Part shown: one piece after another, positions 25,901 to 39,207 of the stretch
Layout: every line of letters starts with the position of its first letter
Position numbering within the stretch: position 1 is the first letter of the stretch
NCBI GenBank assembly: GCA_951406725.2
Contig: OX597815.1
Coordinates: 65,844,001 to 65,908,000, forward strand
Length of the DNA: 64,000 bases
Source: Octopus vulgaris
Taxonomy: Eukaryota
Direction of reading: 5' to 3'
Made by a program: the position numbers and the translations under genes
Notes under the pieces: model-generated
Databases searched by the model: none
What the model was told of the DNA's origin: nothing
The model's input: the letters and a program-made list of their open reading frames with translations, nothing else

Positions 25901-28900
25901 TTTTACTGTGTAACATATTTGCCAGATAAAAGTTAACCGAGATTTTGGGCCGATTAGTTAAGAAAATAGTGGTATTAACAGATGCGATGCCTTTATAGAA
26001 CAAGATATTGCAAATAAAAAAAAATGTATAAGCTTCCGATATAAATTATTAGATTCCTCAACAGTAATATGCTAGAGCATGACATACTAGTTCTGTGGGT
26101 TGCATTAACAGTAACGGTTTAAGCTCGCTTGAAGTACTGTCGCTTGAGAGAGCAACTTTAGGAAACTAAAGCTCCCAAAGACATATTAACAGTCGTTCAT
26201 GACACAAGAGAGATTAAATTCTTTGGCAATTTTGCCAATAGAAAATAATATTGTGGAAAGATAGATATAGAAAGCGTTATGAAAACATTTACAGATTAAA
26301 GTTGAGAAAAAATGTCTTAGAATAATGTGTGTTTTCGGTATCTGTTCTGTTGTTTTATCTTTAATTCATTAGGAGAAACTACAGGGGATTAACGGTAGCC
26401 TTTCGAATTTCTCCACGCAATCATTTTCCTGTCTGTCACTGTAATAAAATATGTCGAGGCCTTTATCATCATTAATACACGCTCTCTCTCTCTCTCTCCC
26501 TCTCTCTCCCTCTCTCTCTCCCTCTCTCTCTCCCTCTCTCTCTCCCTCTCTCTCTCCCTCTCTCTCTCCCTCCCTCTCTCTCTTTCTTTCTTTTTCTCTT
26601 GTTATATTAAGGAAAGGGTTTCAAACTTTGACGTGGTTTCTTTCAAGCTTCTACACTCTACTAAAGATATCATACCTTCATTTACAGTTTTTCCTTCTTG
26701 CAAAAATTTTAAAATCATACTTGTAACGATGCTCAGATTCAACATGTTCATACTGCTAGCCAGTGGCGGCTCGTAGATAAAATTAGTGGAGATGCTGCTT
26801 CAGAAAATTTTGGGCCGTAGTTTTAATATTGTGCAAAAGGAAACAAACATATAAAAAGAATAATTATACATAAACTTGATCGGTTCGCGTTTTAGCCACT
26901 GCCGGGTAGTGTGTTTAATTTGTTCACTGAACATCGCCACGAATTCTTCCTTGTTTTTCAAAAATCCCCCCTAAATCATAAAATGAGGGAAAATCTGCCC
27001 TATTTTTCAAATCCTGGCAGCAATACTTTACTACATTCAAGAATATAAACACGTTTTTAAGCACAATACACGTGGAGTCAAAAAAAAACACGACCTTCCA
27101 TCAGCACACCAGGGTTGGCACTGCGTGAACCACAGTGTTCTCTTTCCCTAGCGTAGAGCTTCCAATCTCAGACATGTGGGCATGCGCACTACAGCCAAAC
27201 ACCGCGTCGCTGGAACTGTGAAGCGCACAGTTCTATACAAGGATTTTTGTGTGTTTTTTTCATAAACTAGGGGATGGCTACTGACATTAAGTTTAAGGAT
27301 TATATAATGTACGAGCATTTTGTCCGACTCGCTTACGATTCTACCACTCCGCCGCCTTCAAAAACTAACAACGAAAGCCGTATGTCATTAATTTCTACCG
27401 TTGATGAAACCCCGCTACAAGTTGTAATGTGGAAGGTGTATCCACCTTGAGCACTGGTTTTCTGAGACATTATGACAATTTAAGGAATCGCAAATGTTTC
27501 TTCCCCGACGATTAGACGAATACCTAATTGTTGTGAAGTCATCCGTTAGTCTCGCGAGATCATGGGTTTGAACCTGAGAAGTGTTGTTTTAGGCTTGTTA
27601 GCAGAATATCTGTTGTGACTGGAAAAACCCACATATGAGTGACTTACGAGTTTTGTTTTCTTCCACTCATGGGGAAACATCTACGAAAAATAGTGACATA
27701 ATTCACTGCAAAACTGTTTCTTTCTTTCTTTGTTAGATTGCGCAGATTGGGGTGAAGATTAGTAATGTCCTATATATTTGAGAAATTATATCACTTTGAT
27801 TTGTAAGAGACCATCTTACTGGACAAAATTTATCAAGGATTAAAAGCACAGTATCATGAAATCACTAAATGCTACAAGGTATTTATTCATAGCCATTAAT
27901 ACAATGTTTATTTTTATCAATCCCATAGGGCTGGAAGTCAAAATTATATTATGAAAAGGGAAAAAATATTCGGTAAGACTTCCGCCCCCCCCCCCCGCCC
28001 CGAAAAAAACCACCCTTGAACGGCCTGAACTCTTTACATGAACACCACCCTGTACTTAACTCCATGTCCCCCTACATGGCCTTGCTATTTGCTTTTGAGC
28101 CAAATTAACTAACTAACTAACTAACTAACAATTTTTTTTTTCGACACAACCCCCCACCTTTTTCGGCTACGGGAAAATTTGAATCTGCAAAAACGTGGCC
28201 TTTTATCCATGTAAACTTGGCCGCTGTGCAATGACTGAAGCCAGCAAAAGATTAAAGATAAATTCCAAAAATAAACTCTATGTCCACTATTCTGCCGAAA
28301 TTTTCACTAGACGATCTTGAATATTCCACTGATGATACTTTGCACCTGGAAATGAAAATGCCAAGAAAATAAAAATGTCATCCACTTGATTTCTTACTTT
28401 GTACTGGGTTGTCGGTATCAAATTTATGATCTGTGCATTGTGAAAACGTCCATAGGTTAAGCATTATCTCTGAGTGATGTGTTTAACTGGAAACAAGCAG
28501 AGTTTGAGATGATAATTCTCAAGTGACACTTGACAGAAAGTAAATAATAGCTTTTTTTAAAAATCGTTGGCAAGTTTGGTTGATAAAAGGTTAGCCTCAG
28601 GTGAAAACAAAAGCAACAAAATAAATAAATGAATAACCTACAGCAGTGGCCGACATTCTAGAAATACAGGATTCAGCAGAAAAACCTTCCGTATTTTACG
28701 TGGTCATTGCTGTGGTGCAAGTGAAGGTGGGTAGGTGGTAATGGTATCTTCATGTAGTTATTATCATACCGTTTTCATTTTTGTTGTTTTCTTTTTGCAG
28801 TTATTCTCATGGCTTGGGTTGGCGCGCACAGTACGATTCCAGTTAATAAGTTTATCAAGAATGGCGAATCTGTCGGGAAGCTATTATTATCCTTTGATAA

Positions 28901-29454
28901 TACACTGTGCGGATTATATTAGATTAGATTAGGTTGAAGATTAATAATGTCATATATTTGAGAAATTATATCACTTTGATATGTAAGAGGCCTTCTAACT
29001 AGACAAAATTTATCAGGGACTTCATTAAAAGCACAATAACATGAACTCTCTAGGTGCTACAAAGTATTCATAGCTATTAATGCTATGTTTATTTCATGAA
29101 TCCCGTAGAAATGAAAGTCATCAAAACAAAAAGGAAAAACAAATTTCCTTTCTGATATATGTCCTAGATATTTCGTTTTTTGTATTACAGGTATGTATAC
29201 GTAGGTATCTGTGTAAATGTATGTTATTCTCGGTCTATCTCTCTCCCTCTCCCTCATCATAAATGTATATGTGTTTGTGTGTGTGTATGCGTGTGTGTGC
29301 GTGCGCGCATGCGTTAGTGTGTACGTGTCAGTATGTGTGTGTATGCGTGAGTATTCCATTAACGGTCTAAATGTGTGTCTATGTGTATGTAAGTGTGTGT
29401 GTAAGCGTGTGTGTGTGTGTGTGTGCGTGCGTCTGTGTGTATTTGTGTGTGTGC

Positions 29455-29498
<44 letters not shown>

Positions 29499-30268
29499 GT
29501 CTGTGTGTGTTTGTGTGTGTCATAAATGTTTTCAAACTCTTTATATTGTGTGTAAATAGCTTTTAGTCGTTTAACTATAACAGATCAAGAACGATGACAC
29601 CAACGGCTTCACCTTTTGACAAAACTGTTTTAATTCTTTCTCACATTCATTACTACCCACCCATCCACCGACGCACGCACACACGCACACACACACCACA
29701 TTACCACCACCACCTCTTCAACCAGTGCTGCCATTGCAACTGCCACAACTACGACCATAACTAACACCGCTACCATCACCGCCACCAATAACCACCGCCA
29801 CTACCACCACCACCAACAACAACAACACCATCATCATTGACGTCATCATTAAAGATGCATCACAAAAATGTCGTAACAACATCACACCGACATCATCAAC
29901 AACAAGAGCAACAACAACAATCCAAGCCATTTAAATGGTGGTTCAACTTAACTAGAAGTAATAGTTAAATTGCCACAGAAAGGCGGAGTGATCTCGGCTA
30001 AAATGCCTTTGATCAGGGCTGGAGTTAAACAACAGCGACAACAACCGTAGCACGCTCCAACATCGAAAACAAGAATATCCTGAACCATTAATATTATAAA
30101 CGACTGTCATCCACCGTAACAGCACAAAAATAATTAGACTTTATCAACCACTCCTCCACCACCACTTTTTCCATTTTCCCGTCACCACCTAATGTCCCCA
30201 TCCACACGCCGCCTCCTCATTACCTTTTACAGTTTCTTGCCGCGCGCACACAAACACAAACACACACG

Positions 30269-30335
<67 letters not shown>

Positions 30336-30620
30336 TTATATATATCTTACTTGATTCAGACATTAGATTGCAGCCATGCTGGAATACCATGTTGAAGAAG
30401 TTTTAGTTGAACGAATCGACTGACCTCGTGGCCGATTGGCCGATTTTTTTTCCTCTGTCTTCCCTTCTCTGGAACTTTCCTTCTCCTATGTTTCCGACGA
30501 AGAGCTCCGCTCGAAACGTGAAACCCTCCTTCATTCCTTCTTTCCTGAGCGTCCAATAATACTATATTTGTTCCACGTCCTCGAGTTGTTGTGTTTCTTT
30601 GTGCTTTCTTGTTTGGATTA

Positions 30621-30702
<82 letters not shown>

Positions 30703-30718
30703 GCTTTCTTGTTTGGAT

Positions 30719-30764
<46 letters not shown>

Positions 30765-30769
30765 TGTGT

Positions 30770-31505
<736 letters not shown>

Positions 31506-31688
31506 TCCCTCCCCCACCTTAATTCTTTTGTTCCTCTTTTTCTCTCTCTTCTCTTCTCATGTGGCAGAGAGGCTAGACTGTGTTCGTGAAAGTTTTGTAT
31601 CCCTGTCGTAAGGCTTCATTTCCACACACGCCAGCTGAATTCAATTCGTCCTCATTCGAAAGACACCTGTTGTCATGTCCTGTTGTTG

Positions 31689-31761
<73 letters not shown>

Positions 31762-32365
31762 CATTATTATTATATTCGTGTAACATCATCTGTTTTTCCG
31801 TCCTTGTTTTCGTATATATTCGATGCTTTTCTTCCAAGGAATCTAATGCTCTTATCTTAGTTTTTCCTTGGGGCTGGCCAGATTGGAGAAATCTCAAGAT
31901 TAATCAGCCGAAATTGCGAGGATGACCCGTCCTTGTTTTTTTGTATCGTCTATCTGGATGTTTTGTAGTCCCTTTTTGTATCACTTAGTTGTCCGGATGT
32001 TTTGCAGTATTGTCACATTTTGTATTGACAACCGATATTGGTGTGTTTACGTCTTTTCAAAAGAGACCGATATGATAAGTAATAGGCTTATATAGAATAA
32101 GTCCTGGGGTCGATTTGTTTAACTAAAGGCTGTGCTCCAGCATTGCCGCAGTTAAATTACTGCAACCAATAAAAGAATATATATATATATATACGACGAA
32201 CGTCTTTCAGTATCCTTCTACCAAATCAACTGACAAGGCTTTGGTCATCTCGGAGCTAGAAGACACCTGCCCAAGGTGTCTCGCCGTAGGATTAAACTCT
32301 AAACCATGTAGCTGAGAAGTAAACTTCTTACTCTCTATATAATATTATATATTATATATATATAT

Positions 32366-33762
32366 GGAGTTAAACGCAGGTGTTATTCAAATTCTTTTAC
32401 TTCCGACACATGTTTCCAAGATATCAATGGTATTATTCCAAAGGAATAATATGGTGTAAAACAATGTAATCTTCTCTTCGGGGAAGTGAAGAAATGAAAC
32501 TCGTCAATAAGACATTTTAGCAGAAACTGATGGATATGTATAGTGATTAACTGAACGCTATTAAGATTGTTTAAAAAAAAACGTTATTGGATATAACGTC
32601 AGAGGTAGCCTATAGAAAGAGGAGGGACAAAGGGAAGAAAAACTAAATAAATGAGAAGTATATGACTATATGTATATTAAATAAAACCATACAGACTTGG
32701 AAAATATATATATCTAGTGAATGTGAAATGTAAGAAGAAAATTAATGTTTAGATTATATATAATGATAGATATCACTTATATGAACGAAAGGTGTGTTTC
32801 TGCCAATGTCTACATCGGTATGCACGCTCTATAACCGTGTTTACAAGGGGATTTTTGAAGAAAGAATAAAAAATAGTTCAGAATTACAGAGAATCAACCA
32901 ATCTAAATTAAATTGTTTATTGTGGATTTTTAGATCCCAAAATTAATTTACTAAGCTCTGTACTGTTACGTTTATTCCTATCCCTAGATGTAGAGTGATG
33001 ATAAGAAATTCTTTTAGATAACTGAGAAGATGTGCTTCCTATATAAAAATATACTTCATTGCCAATAGTAATTTTACAGTGGTATTTAGAATTTTTAATT
33101 TTAGTGTTACTTGACATAAACTTGATTCTGTTGTAATTGACTTCAGATACAATAACCTTGTTATTAATATTTCCAGGGGAATGGATGGTATTAGCATAAT
33201 TAATGTTAGTATTAGTAAATGTATCAATATTTAACAGGTTGATATTATGTGAAGAGATAATTTGTAAGAGATTTTTTGTGTTGGAAAAAGCAAGAGTAAT
33301 ACCTAGAATTCTTTGGAAAATTCCCAATTATAGCTTCAGGAAACTGCAAAGGAAGATTAGATTTAATTTGTCTCCCGTATGGAATAATTAACCAAATTGT
33401 TGTACTATTAGTTATCTTATTTTTAGTGTAATTATTTTTGAAAGACATAGATTTACCTTTAGAATGAAAATAGGAGATTATATAGTCATATACTTCTCAT
33501 TTATTTAGTTTTTCTTCCCTTTGTCCCTCCTCTTTCTATAGGCTACCTCTGACGTTATATCCGATAACGTGTTTTTGAAACAATCTTAATAGCGTTCAAT
33601 TAATCACTATACATATCCATCAGTTTCTGTTAAAATGTCTTATTGACGAGTTTCATTTCTTCACTTCCCTGAAGAGAAGATCACTTAGTTTTACATCATT
33701 TTACTCCTTCGAAACATGCGTCAGAAGTAAGAATTTGAATAACACCCGCGTTTAACTCCATC
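32366..33762 (-). mobile_element. 5'-truncated Penelope-like retroelement: GIY-YIG endonuclease remnant, 3' pseudo-LTR (32366-32672), inverted pLTR at the 5' end (33480-33762)
   Basis: ORF 32917-33327: KYHCKITIGNEVYFYIGSTSSQLSKRISYHHSTSRDRNKRNSTELSK (GIY-YIG). About 290-bp inverted repeat. A hammerhead in each pLTR. Flanked by AT microsatellite. Confidence 0.85.
33663..33728 (+). ncRNA. Type I hammerhead in Penelope pLTR (decayed partner at 32399-32487, minus strand)
   Basis: ACTTC(C) CTGAAGA GAAG...CTTC GAAA CATGCG TC (A)GAAGT; GUC at 33720-33722. Confidence 0.7.
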
Positions 33763-33902
33763 TATTTATTTATTTATAGGAGAGACCGATAGAATAAGTA
33801 CTAGGCTTACAAAGAATAAGTCCTGGGGCCGACTAAAGGCGGTGCTCCAGCATGGCCACAGTTAAATGACTGAAACAAGTAAAAGAGTAAAAGAGTAAAG
33901 AG

Positions 33903-33957
<55 letters not shown>

Positions 33958-34005
33958 ATACATTTCCCCTTTTTCTTTCTCTCACCCTATTCTAGCCCTT
34001 CTACT

Positions 34006-34049
<44 letters not shown>

Positions 34050-34538
34050 TCTCTCTCTTGCTGCCTCTCCGCTGCCTGCTGCTGTCATATAGCCCATGAC
34101 CAATTCTCAATTTCCTTCCTTTCGTACACTGGTCTTCTCCATCCTTCAAGACATTTTCTAAGCGTTACTCACTGTTCTCGTCTCCTTGGACACAAGGCCG
34201 TAGTTTGTTCGACTGTTCGTCCCAGTCCACCGTTCTAAATCACACTCTGTATCGTTTTGCTTGTTTTGTTTTGTTTTGTTTTGTTTGCTCTCGTCCCTAA
34301 TACTCCGCAAGAAAACTTTTTTGTGGGCACCGCCAATTGGGAAGTGCTCAGTCTTATCGTTAAGGGTACGAAATTGAATATTACCAATTGGTCAATAACG
34401 GATGAAGAATTACGGACCTTCTGTTTGTCTCCCGTTCGTTTTTACATTCATATACGTTATGTCGTTTGTTTAATTACCATATATTTTTCATTTATCAAGT
34501 AATGGCACGCAACACACACCGAATTTGTATTAACAAGT

Positions 34539-34589
<51 letters not shown>

Positions 34590-34592
<3 letters not shown>

Positions 34593-35012
34593 GGAGTAAA
34601 CACATAAATGTGAAACAAGGTGGAAAAAAGAGTACTCAAATACCAGTGGTAGAGTAATATGCTTTATTTTAAGCAGCAGAAAATTCAACTAGCAAAAACT
34701 GTCTGATGAACGGCAACGAGAAACTCAGAGTGGCGGATTTTGTTGAGTTTTCTGCTGCTTAAAATAAAGCATATTACTCTACCACTGGTATTTGAGTACT
34801 CTTTTTCCACCTTGTTTCACATTTATGTGTTTACTCCGGTATATATATATATATATACTTTATTTAAAGCAGCAGAAAATTGAACAAAATCTGTTACTCT
34901 GAGTTTCTCGTTGCCGTTCATCAGTTTTTGCTAGCAAAAACTGTCTGATGAACGGCAGCGAGAAACTCAGAGTAACAGATTTTGTTGAATTTTCTGCTGC
35001 TTAAAATAAAGT

Positions 35013-35013
<1 letters not shown>
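34590..35013. mobile_element. Two foldback pLTR-like elements in (TA)n (34590-34840 and 34856-35013) with three hammerhead copies
   Basis: Arms 34590-34689 and 34742-34840 are near-perfect inverted repeats. The second palindrome is centred on GCTAGC at about 34930-34935. Confidence 0.8.
34941..34978 (+). ncRNA. Minimal type I hammerhead
   Basis: CTGT CTGATGA A CG GCAG CG A GAAA CTC A GAG TA ACAG; GUA site ending at 34974; stem II weak. Confidence 0.65.
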
Positions 35014-35043
<30 letters not shown>

Positions 35044-35188
35044 CAAAGCAATTAAGATTCAAGTCAATTCCAATGAATTTACTTGAATGTGGTACTTAAC
35101 TTAGATGCACCAGAAAACTATATGGTGTTAACCATACAGTAATGTGGGGTGATTATAAACGAGAAAGAAGCAACAAGAATGGATTAGT

Positions 35189-35279
35189 TTTTAGTACAAT
35201 TGTTTCATACAAAGACAGGCTTTATTACAAGTTGCAAAAATTGCAGCAGATAAAAGTGTCCCGTACTCATCAGCTAAAA
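35189..35279 (-). ncRNA. Type I hammerhead with long loop II and palindromic stem III
   Basis: Minus strand TTTTAG CTGATGA GTAC...(52 nt)...GTAT GAAA CAATTG TA CTAAAA. A core-less inverted partial copy lies at about 35641-35741. Confidence 0.75.
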
Positions 35280-35392
35280 TACATATGAGTTCTCCAAACA
35301 TCTTAGTGGGTGAGGCTATACTCATGAAGTATTGAAGATAATTTCATTAAAGGCAGATTTAGGTTGCAAACAGATTTCCAAAGTTCCTTAAT

Positions 35393-35597
35393 GATGATGC
35401 ACAGTCTTATCACAGGTTCTTAAAAGCTTATTAGCTTCACAGAGAAGGTGAATTAATCCGTGGTGTAGATTTAAATTTCCAGAGATATGAGGAGGATGAT
35501 GCACAGACTTATTACAGGTTTTTAAAAGCTTATTAGCTTCACAGAAAAGGTGAATTAATCCGTAGTGTAGATTTAAATTTCCAGAGATATGAGGAGG
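35393..35597. repeat. 102-bp tandem duplication inside the 35140-35750 element
   Basis: GATGATGCACAG..TTAT.ACAGG...CCAGAGATATGAGGAGG at 35393 and 35495. Confidence 0.85.
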
Positions 35598-35777
35598 AAT
35601 TTCATACGCACAGACGATGAATTTATCCATGGTTCATCCGGGACACTTTTATCTGCTGCAATTTTTGCAACTTGTAATAAAGCCTGTCTTTGTATGAAAC
35701 AATTGTACTAAAAACTAATCCATTCTTGTTGCTTCTTTCTCGAACTCACAACCTTATATATATATATATATATATAT

Positions 35778-35995
35778 ACTGTTGTGTCTGGGAAGTCATT
35801 TTCTTTTTGTGTCTTATAATTTAACACACCGGTAAATTTTCCACTTATTCCATATTTTTCAAGACTATTGAAAAGGTTGCAAGACGCAACGAAAATTTTA
35901 GGAAAATAAAAATAAGGAATAAGTGGAAATTTTACCGTTGAGTGTGTTACATTATAAGGCACAAAAAGAAAATGACTCTCCCCAGACACAACAGA
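35778..35995. repeat. Inverted repeat element between (TA)n tracts
   Basis: CTGTTGTGTCTGGGA...TTCCACTTATTCC (35778-35851) is inverted at 35917-35994. Confidence 0.75.
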
Positions 35996-36051
35996 ATATG
36001 CTTCAACACACGAACTCACTTAAAGAATCTTGCAAACCAAATCCCAAAACG

Positions 36052-36103
<52 letters not shown>

Positions 36104-36104
<1 letters not shown>

Positions 36105-36436
36105 TGATCGTAAGGCTCATGATCGTAAGGCTCATGATCGTAAGGCTCATGATCGTAAGGTTGTGAGTTCGATTCCCGGCGAGACGTTGTGTCCTTCAGC
36201 AAGACACTTTATTTCACGTTGCTCCAGTTCACTCAGCTGGCAAAAATGACTTGTACCCGTATTTCAAAAAGGGCCAGCCTTGACACACTCTGTATCACGC
36301 TGAATCTCCTTGCGAACTACGTTAAGGGTACACGTGTCTGTGGAATGTTCAGCCACTTGCATGTTAATTTCACTAGCAAGCTGTTCCGTTGATTGTATCA
36401 GCTGGGATCCTCGTCGTCGTAACCGACGGAGTGCTC
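36104..36436 (+). mobile_element. tRNA-derived SINE with a 15-bp tandemised 5' end; the same family lies on the minus strand at 42598-42800
   Basis: (ATGATCGTAAGGCTC) about x4, then GAGTTCGATTCCC (B box), GTGTCCTT.AGCAAGACACTT, ...CGTCGTAACCGACGGAGTGC. Confidence 0.75.
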
Positions 36437-36459
36437 CTATATATACATATATACATACA

Positions 36460-36516
<57 letters not shown>

Positions 36517-36526
36517 GCATATATAA

Positions 36527-36558
<32 letters not shown>

Positions 36559-37315
36559 TATATGGGTATTTTAAAATACTTCACAGAGTGACGACCGTGC
36601 TCTGTATCGTTACAGACTGCCCTTTGGAAATGCATAGCACCCGTTCAGCCACCCTGTCAGGGATATGGCGAAGTCATGGGACTTCAGTATTACGAATTGT
36701 GAAGAGGTAGCGGAAGAGTTCAACTGAACCAAGGAGATTCTTGCATTGATGCTGAGCGGAGGAATCCTAGAAGATCAAAGATCAGAAACACCAAGCTCTA
36801 ATAAGAAAGTAACTGCAGTGCATCAATAGGAGTGGCGTCCATGATTCTTTAATCAGCTAATGAAAGATACACTATGTGATCTGAACACAGAACATAGAGT
36901 GAGACGAAATTAAAGTAGTCAGATACTTAGATCGACATACCACTGCGATGTCCCATTCCACCGCCTCTCACCTTTGGTACCCAGAAAAAACAAGCAACAT
37001 ACCATTATCAGTGAGAACTGTAAAGGCAATTCAAGGTCGTCAATTAGGATAGTCGTTGCAGAAATAACATTTACAATAATTATATTGACGTCAATTACAA
37101 ACAGACAAATTGTATATTATAGAGAATATTGCGCACGACAATAATAATATAATCAGCGGTATTAACAACGACGACGACAACAAGAGCAATAACAACAGCC
37201 GAAGCAATAACAACGGCAGCAACAACAACAATAAAACTAAATTCCATACAAATGCCACAACAAACACTAACTAGAAATAAAGGAATAAAAATTGCAGCCG
37301 CATTAAAACAAACGA

Positions 37316-37490
37316 CTCTGGTGTGTCCCAGAGTTCGGTCTTATCCCTCACTCTTTTGGTTTCTTTTGACCATCAACTAAACTGCTGTCAGCTCCAACGA
37401 GGTTCACCCCTATATATACGAGATTCTCATGAGCCTTATAAGTGTTTATTGAGGTCTCTATTTCAGAAGGTCAGAGAAGAAATAAACTTG
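37316..37490 (+). pseudogene. Short LINE RT remnant
   Basis: GGTGTGTCCCAGAGTTCGGTCTTATCCCTCACTCTT translates as GVSQSSVLSLTL (GVPQGSVLSP motif). Confidence 0.4.
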
Positions 37491-37544
37491 GTGCGATATA
37501 TATATATATATATATATATCGTACCAACTTTGTTTCTTCCCTGA

Positions 37545-38990
37545 CCTTCCGAAGGCAAGGTGTGCTACGATGGTCATGAGACGCGGAAAGCTTGTCAGGA
37601 TAGGAGGCATATGTATGCCAAGTGATGAAATGATGAAGGTAATTAACCTCAATTCAGTTGTAAATACCTGAGAATACTTGAGGCAGATGGAATTAAATAC
37701 AACGATATGAAAGAAATGACAAAGGAAGAGTACCTGGGGCGAGTGGGAAAGATATTGGCTTCAAAGCTGAATGCCAGAAACATAATTTCGGCAATAAACT
37801 CGTGCGCAGTCGCAGTTGTTCGGTATGGCGCTGGAACCTTGAAGTGGACAGAGGAGGAGCTAAAGGAGTTGAACACGAAGACAAGAAAGCTCCTAACGAT
37901 GCATGGAGCCCACCGACCACGTGCGGACACTGATCACCTATACAGGAAGAGAGCAAATTGAGGAAGAGGAAAATGTGTGGAAGACTTCGTAAGTATCGAA
38001 CTCGAGAGCTTAATGAGAAACCTAGCTCAAAGTAAGGAAACCTTGGTAGCGTCGGTTAGGAATGAGGAAGTATTGAAAGTAGAGAAAAATGGAAAAACAA
38101 AGGAAGAAGTACAAAAAGGACATGAAGAAGCATTACGAAACAAGGGGCTACACAATCAATTTCATGTACGCACAACAGATATTGCTGGAAAACAGGTGGG
38201 ATTGGCTGAAGAAAGGAACACTAAAAAAAGAAACTGAGAGCACTATACTGGCAGTGTAAGACCAAGCTTTGGTCACGAACTGGAGGGTCAACCTTAAGGA
38301 TGAGCAAGTATCTCCACTGTGCCGCATCCGTAATAGAGTGGACGAAACCATTTCCCATATCACGAACGAATGCCCTAAATTTACCCAAAACCATTACAAG
38401 TTGTAGCGACAAGATAAGGTAGCGAAAGTGCTACATTGGAAACTACGAAAAGTGGGGGCTAGAGAGAGACAAGACGTGGTATGGGCACAAATCTCAGAGA
38501 GTGGCGGAGTCGGAGACTTGCAAAAGCCTCTGGCATTTCCTAAACCAAACAGATCAGGTGCTAGAGCATAACAGACCAGACCTTGTGGTGGTCGACAAGA
38601 TGCACCATATGTGATATAGAGTTGATTTTGCGTGCCCCTTTGACCTACAGATAGTCAAGAAGGATGGCGAAAAAATAGATATATGCAATCGTCTTAAGTA
38701 TGAAATAGCCCGGCTAAGGAAAGTGAAGAAGGTGAATGTAGTGCCACTTATTGTTGGGTCTTTGGGCACAGTATCAGAAGGTATCAAGAGGAATATAAAG
38801 GAAATCGGAATAGTGTGCCCGGTAGAACTGTTACAAAAGGTTTGCCTCCTTACCACGGCCAGAATAATCAGGAAAGTATTAGATAGTTGAAAAGAACAGA
38901 TAGCATGGTACCGTAGGCTGCAGGTAGCAAGCCCGCTACGCATGCAAGACTTCAAGAGTTCGAATAAAACTTGAGATAAAAAGAAATGAT
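37545..38990 (+). mobile_element. R4/Dong-clade non-LTR retrotransposon, 5'-truncated (RT end, CCHC, restriction-like endonuclease)
   Basis: KYL.ILEADGI...LASKLNARNIISAINSCAVAVVRYGAG.LKW...KTRKLLTMHGA; CRI...DETISHITNECP; NRPDLVVVDK; VPLIVGSLG. Ends in long (TAA)n, the known Dong target. Confidence 0.88.
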
Positions 38991-38991
38991 G

Positions 38992-39089
<98 letters not shown>

Positions 39090-39117
39090 AATAATGATGA
39101 TAATAATAATAATAATG

Positions 39118-39196
<79 letters not shown>

Positions 39197-39207
39197 TAAT
39201 AATATTC

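Noticed and set aside
26761-26902. hAT-like MITE (CAGTGGCGG...AGCCACTG)
   Set aside because: Only about 7 bp of terminal match and no 8-bp TSD.
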